From assembly GCA_040756235.1 (NCBI GenBank), contig JBFLZG010000086.1:1-63665 (forward strand): DNA of 63,665 bases, in the 5' to 3' direction. The translations under genes and the position numbers were made by a program. Origin of the DNA: a bacterium (lineage in GTDB: Bacteria > Desulfobacterota > DSWW01). The notes under the pieces are model-generated. The model saw only the letters and a list, made by a program, of their open reading frames with translations. It did not search any database and was not told the DNA's origin. This document shows positions 47,351 to 56,666 of this stretch, in pieces (the first letter of the stretch is position 1; each line of letters begins with the position of its first letter).

Positions 47351-47483
47351 GTCAGATATCTCCCCTCGAGGGATGCCGGCTCATCAGCGGGTCGGTTGCG
47401 ACGGCGGGCTCGATGGTTTCCAGGCTTGGGTAGGCTTTATCATGTTTCGTCGTTTCGGCCAAGGAGCTGTTCGTTACGGGGAC

Positions 47484-47506
47484 GGGCGCAGCAGGCAGCG
47501 CCCTAC
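47484..47506 (-). repeat. GTAG-type REP variant
   Basis: GTAGGGCGCTGCCTGCTGCGCCC on the minus strand. Confidence 0.6.
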
Positions 47507-47524
47507 AAGGGCCGGCGGCCCCCA

Positions 47525-47553
47525 TTGATAATGTCTGACGACTTGTATATACT
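47525..47553 (+). promoter_or_regulatory. sigma70 promoter of the nuo-like operon
   Basis: TTGATA-17 nt-TATACT, 40 nt before the nuoA ATG. Confidence 0.7.
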
Positions 47554-47593
47554 CACGCCCTTGCTCACACCGCTCGTGCATTCGTAAGGTATC

Positions 47594-47974
47594 ATGGTAT
47601 TCACCTGGCTCAACCTCGCGATCCTCGCCGCCTTGGCCGGCGGCCTCGTTCTGGCGGCCGGTCCTCTTCTGCTGGCTCTGGTCATCTCCCCGAGGAGCAA
47701 AGGGCAAGCGCTCAAGGCCCCCTACGAGTGCGGCATGGTGCCCCACGGGTGGTCCTGGATTCGTTTCGGCATCAATTATTACTTCTATGCCCTGATCTTT
47801 CTGGCCTTCGACGTGGACGTCCTCTACCTGTTCCCGGTGGCCGTGCACTATCCGGAGAGCGTGGGGCTCGCGGCCTTCGTCAAAGTGGCGATCTTTCTTG
47901 CAGTGCTCGCCCTGGCGGTGCTGTATTTCTGGCGCAAAGGAGTCTTCTCATGGCCTCGCCGGATCCGGGTGTGA
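47594..47974 (+). CDS. nuoA: NADH-quinone oxidoreductase subunit A
   Basis: [26 protein letters not shown]. Confidence 0.93.
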   Translation: MVFTWLNLAILAALAGGLVLAAGPLLLALVISPRSKGQALKAPYECGMVPHGWSWIRFGINYYFYALIFLAFDVDVLYLFPVAVHYPESVGLAAFVKVAIFLAVLALAVLYFWRKGVFSWPRRIRV

Positions 47975-48483
47975 GGCCCGCCGTAGCGGATCAAGACCCC
48001 CCTCTGGTGAATCTCGAGCTGGCGAACAAGTTCCTGGACGTCTGCCGAGCCATGTCGGTCTGGCCCCTGACCTTCGGCCTGGCGTGCTGCGCGATCGAGA
48101 TGATGGCCGTGGGCATGGCCCGGTTCGACATTTCCCGCTTCGGCGCCGAGGTGTTCAGGCCCTCGCCCAGGCAGTCGGATCTCATGATCGTGGCCGGAAC
48201 GGTCTCCCGCAAGCTCGCCCCCGCGGTGGTCCGGCTCTACGAGCAGATGCCGGCGCCCAAGTGGGTCATGGCCCTGGGCAACTGCGCCATTTCCGGCGGC
48301 CCCTTCTACTTCGAGGGACAGTACGGAATCATCGAGGGCGTGGATAAGATCATCCCGGTGGACGTCTACGTGCCCGGCTGCCCGCCGCGGCCTGAAGGGC
48401 TGCTCGAGGGGCTGTTCAAGCTCCAGGAGAAGATCACCGGCAGGCGCTGGTGGCCGCATCCGAACGAAGGGAAGAAGGCGTGA
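47950..48483 (+). CDS. nuoB: NADH-quinone oxidoreductase subunit B
   Basis: [36 protein letters not shown]. Confidence 0.95.
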   Translation: MASPDPGVRPAVADQDPPLVNLELANKFLDVCRAMSVWPLTFGLACCAIEMMAVGMARFDISRFGAEVFRPSPRQSDLMIVAGTVSRKLAPAVVRLYEQMPAPKWVMALGNCAISGGPFYFEGQYGIIEGVDKIIPVDVYVPGCPPRPEGLLEGLFKLQEKITGRRWWPHPNEGKKA

Positions 48484-48971
48484 GCTTCATCTGGCTGGAC
48501 CGGCTCGAAGCCGAGAAGAAGACCGAAACCGACTACGGGAAGTGCGGTTCCCGGTGGGAGATCGTGCTCCGGCCCGACCGGCTCGAGGCCGCGGCGCGCG
48601 CCGCCTGGGAGGAAGGCTACTTCCTCGAGGACGTCTCGGTCGTGGACGTTCAGGAAGGCTTTCTGGTGGTCTACCATTTCGACCGCTGGCAGGCGCCCGG
48701 CCGCATCGCCTTCAAGGTCCTCGTGCCCCACGACAAGCCCGAGGTCCCGACCCTCTCGCACATCCACTCCGGCGCGAACTGGCACGAGCGCGAAAGCTTC
48801 GATTTCTTTGGGATCGTCTTCACCGGGCACCCGGACCTGAAGCCCCTGCTCCTGCCCGATGATCTGGGATTCCATCCGCTCGTGAAGAAGGCGGAGGCGC
48901 GGGCGCCCATGGCCGGCATGGCCGTCGCCGGCGCCGCCGAGTCGTCCGCAAGCAAGGAAGGCAAGCCTTAA
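48480..48971 (+). CDS. nuoC: NADH-quinone oxidoreductase subunit C
   Basis: VVYHF, ANWHERE.FDFFGI.F.GHPDL, HPL.K. Confidence 0.9.
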   Translation: MSFIWLDRLEAEKKTETDYGKCGSRWEIVLRPDRLEAAARAAWEEGYFLEDVSVVDVQEGFLVVYHFDRWQAPGRIAFKVLVPHDKPEVPTLSHIHSGANWHERESFDFFGIVFTGHPDLKPLLLPDDLGFHPLVKKAEARAPMAGMAVAGAAESSASKEGKP

Positions 48972-48974
48972 GGA

Positions 48975-50162
48975 ATGAACCGGCAAGGCCTCATGAGACC
49001 GCAAGCAGCGTTCCAGGACCTGGGCGGAGATTTCTACACCCGATCGCTCCAGCCCGGGCCGACCGAGAACACGCTCATCCTCAACATGGGCCCGCAGCAC
49101 CCGTCCACGCACGGCGTGCTCCGCATCGTCCTGGAGCTCGACGGCGAGTACATCCTCAGGGCCGACCCGGTCCTCGGCTACATCCACCGCATGCACGAGA
49201 AGATGGGCGAGGTGAAGACCTTCGTCCAGTATCTGCCCAACATGGGCCGGGTGGATTACCTGCACGCGATCGCCTGGAGCTGGGCCTACGTGGGGGCGGT
49301 GGAGAAACTCTGCGGCATCGAGGTGTCCGAGCGGGCGGAGTACATCCGGGTGGTCACGGCCGAGATGAACCGGATCAGCTCTCATTTCGTGTGGTGGGGA
49401 GCCTACCTGCTCGACCTCGGCGCCTTCACGCCGATCATGTACGCCTTCGACGACCGGGAGTGGCTGCTCGATCTGCTCCAGATCGTGACCGGATCCAGGC
49501 TGACCTACTGCTACCTCCGGTTCGGCGGCGTGAGCGCGGACGTGACCCCCGAGTTCATCGAGGGCACCTTGAAGTGGTGCGAGCACATGCGCAAGCGCGT
49601 CCCCATGTACCGGGCGCTGGTCACGGAAAACATCATCCTGCGCAAGCGTTGCGAAGAGATCGGCACCCTCGACCTCGACACGGCCAGGCGCTACGGCGCC
49701 ACCGGGCCCGTGCTCCGGGGATCGGGCGTGGCGTACGACGTGCGCCGGGCGGAGCCGTACTCGGTTTACGACCGGCTCTCTTTCGAAATCCCGGCGGGCA
49801 AGCGCGGCGGCGACGCCATGGACCGGTATCTGGTGCGTATGGCGGAAATCGAGCAGAGCCTGAATATCATCGAGCAGGCCTTGAAGAAGCTGCCGGACGG
49901 CCCGCACCTGCACGAGAAGGCGCCCAAGCGGCTGACCAAGGCGCCCAAGGGCGAGGCCTACTTCGCGGTGGAGGGCGCCAGGGGCAAGATCGGCGTGCAC
50001 GTCGTGAGCGACGGCGGCAAGAACCCGTACCGCGTGAAGCTCAGGGCCCCCGGATTCTCCAATCTGAGCCTGTTCTCGGAGCTCGCCAGGGGCGTGCTGC
50101 TCGCCGACGCCGTTTCGATCCTGGGCAGCCTGGACCTGGTCATTCCGGAGATCGACCGATGA
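48975..50162 (+). CDS. nuoD: NADH-quinone oxidoreductase subunit D
   Basis: LNMGPQHPSTHGVLR, GYIHR..EK, RVDYL, GPVLRGSG, EGARG, C-terminal EIDR; no NiFe-binding CxxC motifs. Confidence 0.95.
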   Translation: MNRQGLMRPQAAFQDLGGDFYTRSLQPGPTENTLILNMGPQHPSTHGVLRIVLELDGEYILRADPVLGYIHRMHEKMGEVKTFVQYLPNMGRVDYLHAIAWSWAYVGAVEKLCGIEVSERAEYIRVVTAEMNRISSHFVWWGAYLLDLGAFTPIMYAFDDREWLLDLLQIVTGSRLTYCYLRFGGVSADVTPEFIEGTLKWCEHMRKRVPMYRALVTENIILRKRCEEIGTLDLDTARRYGATGPVLRGSGVAYDVRRAEPYSVYDRLSFEIPAGKRGGDAMDRYLVRMAEIEQSLNIIEQALKKLPDGPHLHEKAPKRLTKAPKGEAYFAVEGARGKIGVHVVSDGGKNPYRVKLRAPGFSNLSLFSELARGVLLADAVSILGSLDLVIPEIDR

Positions 50163-51145
50163 ACGTGCTCGGGGTGCACATCCCTGTCGAGCTGATCCAG
50201 ATCGTGGTGGCGGTGGTCGCGTTCCTGGCCTTCATCGGCGTGAACGTCCTGATTCTGGTGCTCATGGAGCGCAAGGTGGCCGGCCACTTTCAGCGGCGGC
50301 CCGGCCCCTTCGAAGTGGGGCCCCACGGCTCTCTCCAGACCGTGGCCGACGCCGTCAAGATGATGGCCAAGGAGCTGCACACGCCCGGCGGGGCCGACAA
50401 GATCCTGTTCTGGGCCGCGCCCATCATCACCTTCGCTCCCGTGGTGGTCTCCTTCATGCCCGTCCCCTTCGGTCCCAAGTACCTGACCGGCTGGGAGGTG
50501 AACCTGGGCGTGGTGCTGATCCTGGCCTTCGCCAGCCTCGGCGCGTTCGGCATCTGCCTGGCCGGGTGGAGCTCGAACAACAAGTACTCGCTGATCGGCG
50601 CCGCGCGGGCCGTGGCCCAGTCGGTGGCGTACGAGATCCCGCTGCTTCTGGCCGTCCTCGCCGTGGCGTTTCAGGTGGGGTCCCTGAACCTCTCGGAGAT
50701 CACGGCCAGGCAGGGCTCCTGGCCCTGGCAGTGGAACGTGGTGGTGCAGCCGCTCGCCTTCTTCATCTTCTTCGTCAGCATGCTGGGCGAGACGAACCGC
50801 GCCCCGTTCGACCTGCCCGAGGCGGAAAGCGAGCTCACGGCCGGGTTTCACACCGAGTACTCGGGCATGGGGTTCGGGCTCTTCTTCATGGCCGAGTACG
50901 CGGCCATGATCGTGGTCTGCTCGGTGGGAACGATCCTGTTCCTGGGCGGATGGAAAGGGCCTGTGGTGGACGGCCCGTGGTGGTTCCTGGCCAAGGTCTA
51001 CGGCCTGCTGTTCGCCATGATGTGGCTGCGCTGGACCTTTCCCAGGGTGCGCTTCGATCAGCTTCTGAACATCAACTGGAAATGGCTGATTCCCCTGGCC
51101 CTGCTGAACCTGCTCATCGTGGCTTTCGTGGTGAAGCTGGTTTAG
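50159..51145 (+). CDS. nuoH: NADH-quinone oxidoreductase subunit H
   Basis: ERKV..FQRRPGP, SNNKYSL.G..R..AQ..AYE, ETNRAPFDLPEAESEL, PRVRFDQL. Confidence 0.95.
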   Translation: MNVLGVHIPVELIQIVVAVVAFLAFIGVNVLILVLMERKVAGHFQRRPGPFEVGPHGSLQTVADAVKMMAKELHTPGGADKILFWAAPIITFAPVVVSFMPVPFGPKYLTGWEVNLGVVLILAFASLGAFGICLAGWSSNNKYSLIGAARAVAQSVAYEIPLLLAVLAVAFQVGSLNLSEITARQGSWPWQWNVVVQPLAFFIFFVSMLGETNRAPFDLPEAESELTAGFHTEYSGMGFGLFFMAEYAAMIVVCSVGTILFLGGWKGPVVDGPWWFLAKVYGLLFAMMWLRWTFPRVRFDQLLNINWKWLIPLALLNLLIVAFVVKLV

Positions 51146-51170
51146 AGGGTCGGTCGAAAGCAATCGAAAT

Positions 51171-51821
51171 ATGGAAGAGCTTTCAGCAAGAGTCGTACCC
51201 GTGAAGAAGGCCGCCCCGGGCCTCGTGGGAGAGCTGCGCGAGACGCTGGCCGGCCTCTGGAGCCTGGTCGTGGGCCTGGGCGTCACCGGAAACCAGTTCT
51301 TCCGCCGCCAGGTCACGGTCCACTACCCGCGCCAGACGGTCGACAACCTCTCGACCTTCCGCGGGCCGCTCGAGCTCATCCCCTCGGCCAAGGACCCGTC
51401 GAAGCCGGACTGCATCCTCTGCGGCATGTGCGCCCAGAACTGCCCCTCGGGCTGCATCGACGTTCAGTCCCACTTCGAGGAGGAGCCGGACGCCGACGAG
51501 CCCAAGGCCCAGGCGGCTGCGGAAGCGGCCGCGGAAGGCGAAAAGAAAGCGCCTCCCAAAAAGAAGAAGAAGATAAAAGTCATCGACTCATTTACCCAGA
51601 ACTTCAACCTGTGCAGCCTGTGCGGCCTGTGCGTTCAGAACTGCCCGGGCAACGGCCTGCGCTTCTCGCACGAGGCCTACCTGGCCGGCACCAGCCGGGC
51701 CGATTTCGAGCTCGACCTGCTGGCCAGGATGCGGGCCAGGTACGGGGTCTCCAAAGCAAGCGCCAACTGCGCCTGCGAGGAGGCACGTGCGAACTGCGCC
51801 TGCGAGGCCGAGAGGAGATGA
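51171..51821 (+). CDS. nuoI: NADH-quinone oxidoreductase subunit I (2x[4Fe-4S])
   Basis: TVHYP, FRG, CILCGMCAQNCP, CSLCGLCVQNCP; position in operon. Confidence 0.88.
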   Translation: MEELSARVVPVKKAAPGLVGELRETLAGLWSLVVGLGVTGNQFFRRQVTVHYPRQTVDNLSTFRGPLELIPSAKDPSKPDCILCGMCAQNCPSGCIDVQSHFEEEPDADEPKAQAAAEAAAEGEKKAPPKKKKKIKVIDSFTQNFNLCSLCGLCVQNCPGNGLRFSHEAYLAGTSRADFELDLLARMRARYGVSKASANCACEEARANCACEAERR

Positions 51822-52330
51822 TGGACAAGCTGGCCGTCCTGGCGTTTCTGTCGTACGCGCTGACCGTGCTGGCCGGGGGCCTGATGGCAGTCGCGGCCAG
51901 GAGCCTGGTCCGGGCCCTGGCCGGGCTGATTCTGACGCTGTTCGGCGTGGCCGGGCTCTACCTGCTGATCTCGTCCCCCTTCCTGGCGTTCATGCAGATT
52001 CTCATCTACGTGGGTGCCGTCGGGGTCATCATCTTCTTTGCGATCATGCTGACCAGGCCCCCTGCAGGGGCCGAGGAAGGGGAGGCCAGGCCGGCCCGGC
52101 AGGTGGTGCTCGCGGCGGTGAGCGGCCTGGCGCCTGCGGCGCTGCTGGGCTGGGCCTGCTGGAAGTACCGGGTCGCTGCAGAGCGGGTGCCGGCCGACGT
52201 GGGCATGGGCAAGTTGGGAGAGGTCCTCCTCGGGCCCTACGTGCTGGCTTTCGAGCTCATCTCGGTCGTCCTGTTCGTGGCCATGGCAGGTGCCGTTCTC
52301 CTGGGCTTCGAGAGGAAAAGGGCGCAATGA
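51818..52330 (+). CDS. nuoJ: NADH-quinone oxidoreductase subunit J
   Basis: FLAFMQILIYVGAVGV...FAIML, Y.LAFELIS. Confidence 0.92.
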   Translation: MMDKLAVLAFLSYALTVLAGGLMAVAARSLVRALAGLILTLFGVAGLYLLISSPFLAFMQILIYVGAVGVIIFFAIMLTRPPAGAEEGEARPARQVVLAAVSGLAPAALLGWACWKYRVAAERVPADVGMGKLGEVLLGPYVLAFELISVVLFVAMAGAVLLGFERKRAQ

Positions 52331-52659
52331 ACGTGTTGGCCGATCTGCTGGAAAACCCGCTCCTGTATTACCAGAGCGTGGCCCTGCTCCTTTTGGGGCT
52401 GGGTTTCTTCGGGCTCATCTGGCGCAAGAGCCTGATCGGGATGCTGATCGGCGTGGAGCTGATGTTGAACGGCGCCGGCCTGTCGATCGTTGCCAGCTCT
52501 CAGCTCACGAAGGCGGATGCGGCCATGGGGCAGCTCGCGGCGCTTCTGGTCATGGGCCTGGCGGCGGCCGAAGCCACCCTGGTGCTGTCCATTGCGGTGG
52601 TCGTGGCCAAGAGGTTCGGGAACGTGGAAGCCGACAAGATCTCGGAACTGAGGGGTTAG
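52327..52659 (+). CDS. nuoK: NADH-quinone oxidoreductase subunit K
   Basis: IGVELMLN, AAAEA motifs; 3 TM. Confidence 0.9.
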   Translation: MNVLADLLENPLLYYQSVALLLLGLGFFGLIWRKSLIGMLIGVELMLNGAGLSIVASSQLTKADAAMGQLAALLVMGLAAAEATLVLSIAVVVAKRFGNVEADKISELRG

Positions 52660-52661
52660 GG

Positions 52662-54140
52662 GTGCTGGAAAGTCCTCGAATCCTGTTGCCCATCGTCGCG
52701 AGCGGAATCTCGCCGCTCGCCATCTATTTGCTCCGCAGGGACGTCAACCGGCGGGAGGCCGCCTCCTTCGCCTCCGCAGTGCTGACCTGCCTGGGCGTCC
52801 TGTGGATGGCGCCCGAGGTGCTGCGGGGCGAGATCTGGACTTACACCCTGTTCACGCTCCTGCCCGGCATCCACGTGAAGTTCACGGCCGACGGGCTCTC
52901 CCTGATCTTCGGCTTCATCTCCTCCTTTCTCTGGATCGTGGCCACGAGCTACAACATCGGCTACATGCGCTCCCTCAAGGAGCACGCCCAGAACCGGTAC
53001 TACGTCTGCTTTGCCGTGGCGATCTTCGGCGCCCAGGGCGTCTCCTTCTCCGGGAACGTCTTCACGCTCTATCTTTTTTATGAAATCATCACGATCTTCA
53101 CCTACCCCCTGGTCGCCCATCACCAGGACGAGGAAGGATACGAGGGAGGCCGGAAGTACCTGGTCTACCTGATGGGAACTTCGAAGCTCTTCCTCCTGCC
53201 GGCCATGATCCTTACGTACGTGCTGTGCGGGACCCTGGACTTCCACGTCGGCGACGTCATGAAGGGGATGTTCCCGGCCGACGCCAACCCGGTGCTGGTG
53301 ACCGTGACCTACGTCCTGTTCATCGCCGGCCTGGCCAAAGCCGCCATCATGCCGCTCCACAACTGGCTGCCTTCGGCCATGGTGGCGCCCACGCCGGTCT
53401 CGGCCCTCCTGCACGCCGTGGCGGTGGTCAAGGCGGGCGTCTTCTGCATCAGCCGGGTGATCCTGTCCGGCTTCGGCCTCGAGCTGATGGAGAAGCTCAA
53501 CCTCGGGCTGCCGACCGCGTACGTGGCGGCCTTCACGATCGTGGTGGCCTCGCTCATCGCCCTGACCAAGGACGACCTGAAGGCGCGGCTGGCCTACTCC
53601 ACGGTGAGCCAGCTCTCCTACGTCGTCATCGGGGTCGCCATGCTCGCCCCTTCCGCCGTGGAGGGGGGGGTGGCGCACATCGCCCACCACGCCTTTTCCA
53701 AGATCACCTTGTTCTTTGCGGCCGGCGCCATCTACGTGGCCAGCCACAAGAAGAAGATCAGCCTCATGTCGGGCCTGGGCCGGCAGATGCCCTGGACCTT
53801 CGGTGCCTTTGCGCTCGCCTCCCTGTCGATGATCGGCATGCCGCCGGTCTGCGGCTTCGTCTCCAAGTGGTACCTGGTGAACGGAACGCTGCAGGCGGGA
53901 CAGATCGTGCTGCTCGGCGCGCTCATGGCCAGCACCATCCTGAACGCGGCCTACTTTCTGCCGATCGTGTACAAGGCCTTTTTCGAAGCGCCGCTGCCCG
54001 GGGCCGAGCACGAGGCGCACGGCGAGGCGCCCATGAGCATGGTCGTTCCGCTCTGTCTGACCGCCCTGATCTCGGTCCTCATCGGCATCTACACGAAGCC
54101 GGTCTTCACGGTGATCGAATCCTTTGTGAGGGGGTTCTAG
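52662..54140 (+). CDS. antiporter-like membrane subunit (MrpD/NuoL-M-N family), extra copy
   Basis: FYE..T..TYPLV.H, KAAIMPLHNWLPSAMVAPTPVSALLHAVAVVKAG, LAYSTVSQLSY. Confidence 0.88.
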   Translation: MLESPRILLPIVASGISPLAIYLLRRDVNRREAASFASAVLTCLGVLWMAPEVLRGEIWTYTLFTLLPGIHVKFTADGLSLIFGFISSFLWIVATSYNIGYMRSLKEHAQNRYYVCFAVAIFGAQGVSFSGNVFTLYLFYEIITIFTYPLVAHHQDEEGYEGGRKYLVYLMGTSKLFLLPAMILTYVLCGTLDFHVGDVMKGMFPADANPVLVTVTYVLFIAGLAKAAIMPLHNWLPSAMVAPTPVSALLHAVAVVKAGVFCISRVILSGFGLELMEKLNLGLPTAYVAAFTIVVASLIALTKDDLKARLAYSTVSQLSYVVIGVAMLAPSAVEGGVAHIAHHAFSKITLFFAAGAIYVASHKKKISLMSGLGRQMPWTFGAFALASLSMIGMPPVCGFVSKWYLVNGTLQAGQIVLLGALMASTILNAAYFLPIVYKAFFEAPLPGAEHEAHGEAPMSMVVPLCLTALISVLIGIYTKPVFTVIESFVRGF

Positions 54141-54142
54141 AG

Positions 54143-54775
54143 GTGAGTCTCGAGTCGGCCAACGCGAAGTTCGGAGCCCTCCTGGCGAGGCAGATCGAGC
54201 GCCGCTCCGTGTGGCTGAAGATCTTGCTGCTGGTGCTGGCCGCAATGGTGCTGGCGAACGTCTTCGCCATCCGTCCCGGCCACGAGACTGCGCCGCCGGC
54301 CTCGCACGGCGCTGAGGCGCAGCACGCGGCGGTCGTCGCAGGCCATGGGGGCGAGGAGCCGCACGTTGCGGCCGGCGGCGAAGGAGCATCTGCCACCGGA
54401 CACGAGGCTGCGGTTCCGGCAGCTTCCGAGGGCGAGGCGGCGCTGCACAGCGCAGGAGCTCCCCACGGAGCGGCTGCGGAAGGGGAGCATGGCCACGCCG
54501 CAGCGGCCTCGGCGCCCGAGGAGATGCGGCAGATCGAGGGAGTCAGACTCAACTACTACCCCGAGGGGAGCCACGCGTACAACCTGGTGCGCTGGGCTTC
54601 GGAGAATGCTGCCGGCCGGGCCGCGCTCACCGCCTTCCACTACATACACGCGGCGGAGGAGATCCCCGCTTTCTGGGCGCTCTTCGGCGTGTTCTGCACC
54701 TGGCTCCTGGTCCGTCTGAGCAAGGGGTCGGCGCACACGTTCCTGGGCAAGTCCGAGGACTTCTATGATCGATAG
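54143..54775 (+). CDS. small 2-TM operon protein with long His/Ala/Gly-rich insert
   Basis: GTG at 54143; TM1, His-rich loop, 'EEIPAFWALFG', C-terminal 'EDFYDR'; coupled to both neighbours. Confidence 0.7.
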   Translation: MSLESANAKFGALLARQIERRSVWLKILLLVLAAMVLANVFAIRPGHETAPPASHGAEAQHAAVVAGHGGEEPHVAAGGEGASATGHEAAVPAASEGEAALHSAGAPHGAAAEGEHGHAAAASAPEEMRQIEGVRLNYYPEGSHAYNLVRWASENAAGRAALTAFHYIHAAEEIPAFWALFGVFCTWLLVRLSKGSAHTFLGKSEDFYDR

Positions 54776-56537
54776 CAGCTTCGTCCATCCGGCCATCTTC
54801 TTCATCGTCCTGGCGCTGGTCCTGCCGCTGCTCAGAGGCAAAGGATGGAAGTGGCTCCTGCCGGTGCCGGCCCTGCTGGCCGTCTGGTCCGTGCTCCGCA
54901 TGCAAGTCGGCACCTTCGGTCCGGTCGAGTACCTGGGGCTCAAGCTGACCCTGGGCCGGGTGGATTCGCTGTCGCTCATCTTCGCCAACGTCTTCGCCAT
55001 CCAGGCCGCGATCGGCTTCATCTATGCCATGCACGTCCGGGACAAGGGCCAGCACGTGGCCGCGGCCCTGTACGTGGCAGGCTCCTTCGGGTGCACCTTT
55101 GCCGGCGACTACGTTACGCTGTTCATCTTCTGGGAGCTGATGAGCATTGCCTCCACGTTCCTCGTGTGGCTGAACCGCAACCCGGCTTCCACCAAGGCGG
55201 GGTACCGCTACTTCCTCTTCCACACGATGGGCGGCCTGTTCCTGCTGGCCGGGCTCCTGCTCCGTTACCAGGCGGTCGGCAGCTTCGAGTTCGTTCCGGT
55301 CGCCCAGAGCGCGGCCCGGTTCTACGATTATCTGATCCTCATCGGGTTCTGCGTGAACGCGGCGGTCGTGCCGCTCCACGCCTGGCTGCCGGACGCCTAC
55401 CCGGAGGCCACGGTGACAGGCGCGGTCTTCATGAGCGCCTTCACCACCAAGACGGCGGTCTACGTCCTGGCGCGGGCCTTCGCGGGCTACGAAGTGCTGG
55501 CGATCATGGGCGTGGTCATGACGCTCTACGGGGTTTTCTACGCGACGATCGAGAACAACGCCCGCCGCATCCTCGCCTACCACATCGTCTCCCAGGTCGG
55601 GTACATGGTGGCCGGGATCGGGATCGGGACGCAGATGACGATCAACGGGGCGTGCGCTCACGCGTACGCCCACATCCTCTACAAGGGGCTCCTGTTCATG
55701 GGCGCCGGGTGCGTCCTGTACGCCGCCGGCACCGCCAAGCTCAACCAGCTGGGCGGCCTGGCCGCCCGCATCCCCCTGGTCATGGTCGGCTACATGATCG
55801 GGGCGGTATCCATCTCGGGGTTCCCGCTGTTCAACGGCTTCGTGAGCAAGACCATGACCATTACCGGGGCCGCGGCCTCGGGCCACGGCATTCTCGCCAT
55901 CCTGATGGAAGTGGCCGCGGTGGGCACCTTCCTGTCGGTCGGCATCAAGCTCCCTTATTTCGCCTTCTGGGGCGGGAAGAAGGAGTACAGCGGCGAGCTC
56001 AGGCCCGTTCCCTGGAACATGTACCTCGGCATGGCGCTCGGCGGCTCGCTCTGCTTCCTGCAGGGCGTCTATCCGAGCCTGCTGTACCGGTTCCTGCCCT
56101 TCCCGGTCGAATACGTGCCGTGGACGCCCTGGCACGTGCTCCAGTCGATGCTGCTCCTGTCCTTCACCGGGCTCGGCTTCTACCTGCTGCACAAGAAGCT
56201 CACGCCCGAGGCCAAGATCAATCTCGACTTCGATTACTTCTACCGGCTGGCCGGCCGGCTCGTCCTCACCGTGGCCAAGGTCCCGATCGAGCTCGTGGAC
56301 AACCGCTGGACCGAGGTCTACAGGCAGGTGGGGCTCCGGGGGCTGTTGGGTATGGGCTGGCTCACGAGCGTGTTCGACAAGAAGGGGATCGACGGCGTGC
56401 TCGACAACGGCGCCTACGGCGTGAGGAACGGGGGCTCGCTGCTGGCCCGGGTCCAGACCGGCCGGCTGCAGGACTACCTGGCCGGAACGGTCGTCGCCGC
56501 CCTGGTGGTGGTGGTCCTGTTGTGGTTCTTTTATTAG
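54765..56537 (+). CDS. antiporter-like subunit (Na+/H+ antiporter subunit D / NuoL-like, with C-terminal helix)
   Basis: FWELM, LHAWLPDAYP, FTTKT, LAYHIVSQVGY, HILYKGLLFM, C-terminal 'IDG......VQTGRLQDY' + TM. Confidence 0.88.
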   Translation: MIDSSFVHPAIFFIVLALVLPLLRGKGWKWLLPVPALLAVWSVLRMQVGTFGPVEYLGLKLTLGRVDSLSLIFANVFAIQAAIGFIYAMHVRDKGQHVAAALYVAGSFGCTFAGDYVTLFIFWELMSIASTFLVWLNRNPASTKAGYRYFLFHTMGGLFLLAGLLLRYQAVGSFEFVPVAQSAARFYDYLILIGFCVNAAVVPLHAWLPDAYPEATVTGAVFMSAFTTKTAVYVLARAFAGYEVLAIMGVVMTLYGVFYATIENNARRILAYHIVSQVGYMVAGIGIGTQMTINGACAHAYAHILYKGLLFMGAGCVLYAAGTAKLNQLGGLAARIPLVMVGYMIGAVSISGFPLFNGFVSKTMTITGAAASGHGILAILMEVAAVGTFLSVGIKLPYFAFWGGKKEYSGELRPVPWNMYLGMALGGSLCFLQGVYPSLLYRFLPFPVEYVPWTPWHVLQSMLLLSFTGLGFYLLHKKLTPEAKINLDFDYFYRLAGRLVLTVAKVPIELVDNRWTEVYRQVGLRGLLGMGWLTSVFDKKGIDGVLDNGAYGVRNGGSLLARVQTGRLQDYLAGTVVAALVVVVLLWFFY

Positions 56538-56542
56538 GGGTC

Positions 56543-56654
56543 GTCATCCCGGCCCGGCTGCGGAGCGCGTGTGAGCCGGGATCCAGCAGGGTGCATCCAA
56601 GACTGCGATCGCTGCTTGGCACATGGACTGGATTCCGGCCTTCGCCGGAATGAC
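56543..56654. repeat. paired palindromic repeat (GTCATCCCGG...GGATCCAG // CTGGATTCCGGCCTTCGCCGGAATGAC)
   Basis: Two inverted arms at 56543-56586 and 56628-56654 inside the nuo operon. Confidence 0.8.
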
Positions 56655-56666
56655 GAAGAGAGAAAC

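Noticed and set aside
48975..50162. Group 4 [NiFe]-hydrogenase large subunit
   Set aside because: No N- or C-terminal CxxC ligands; NuoD motifs are present.
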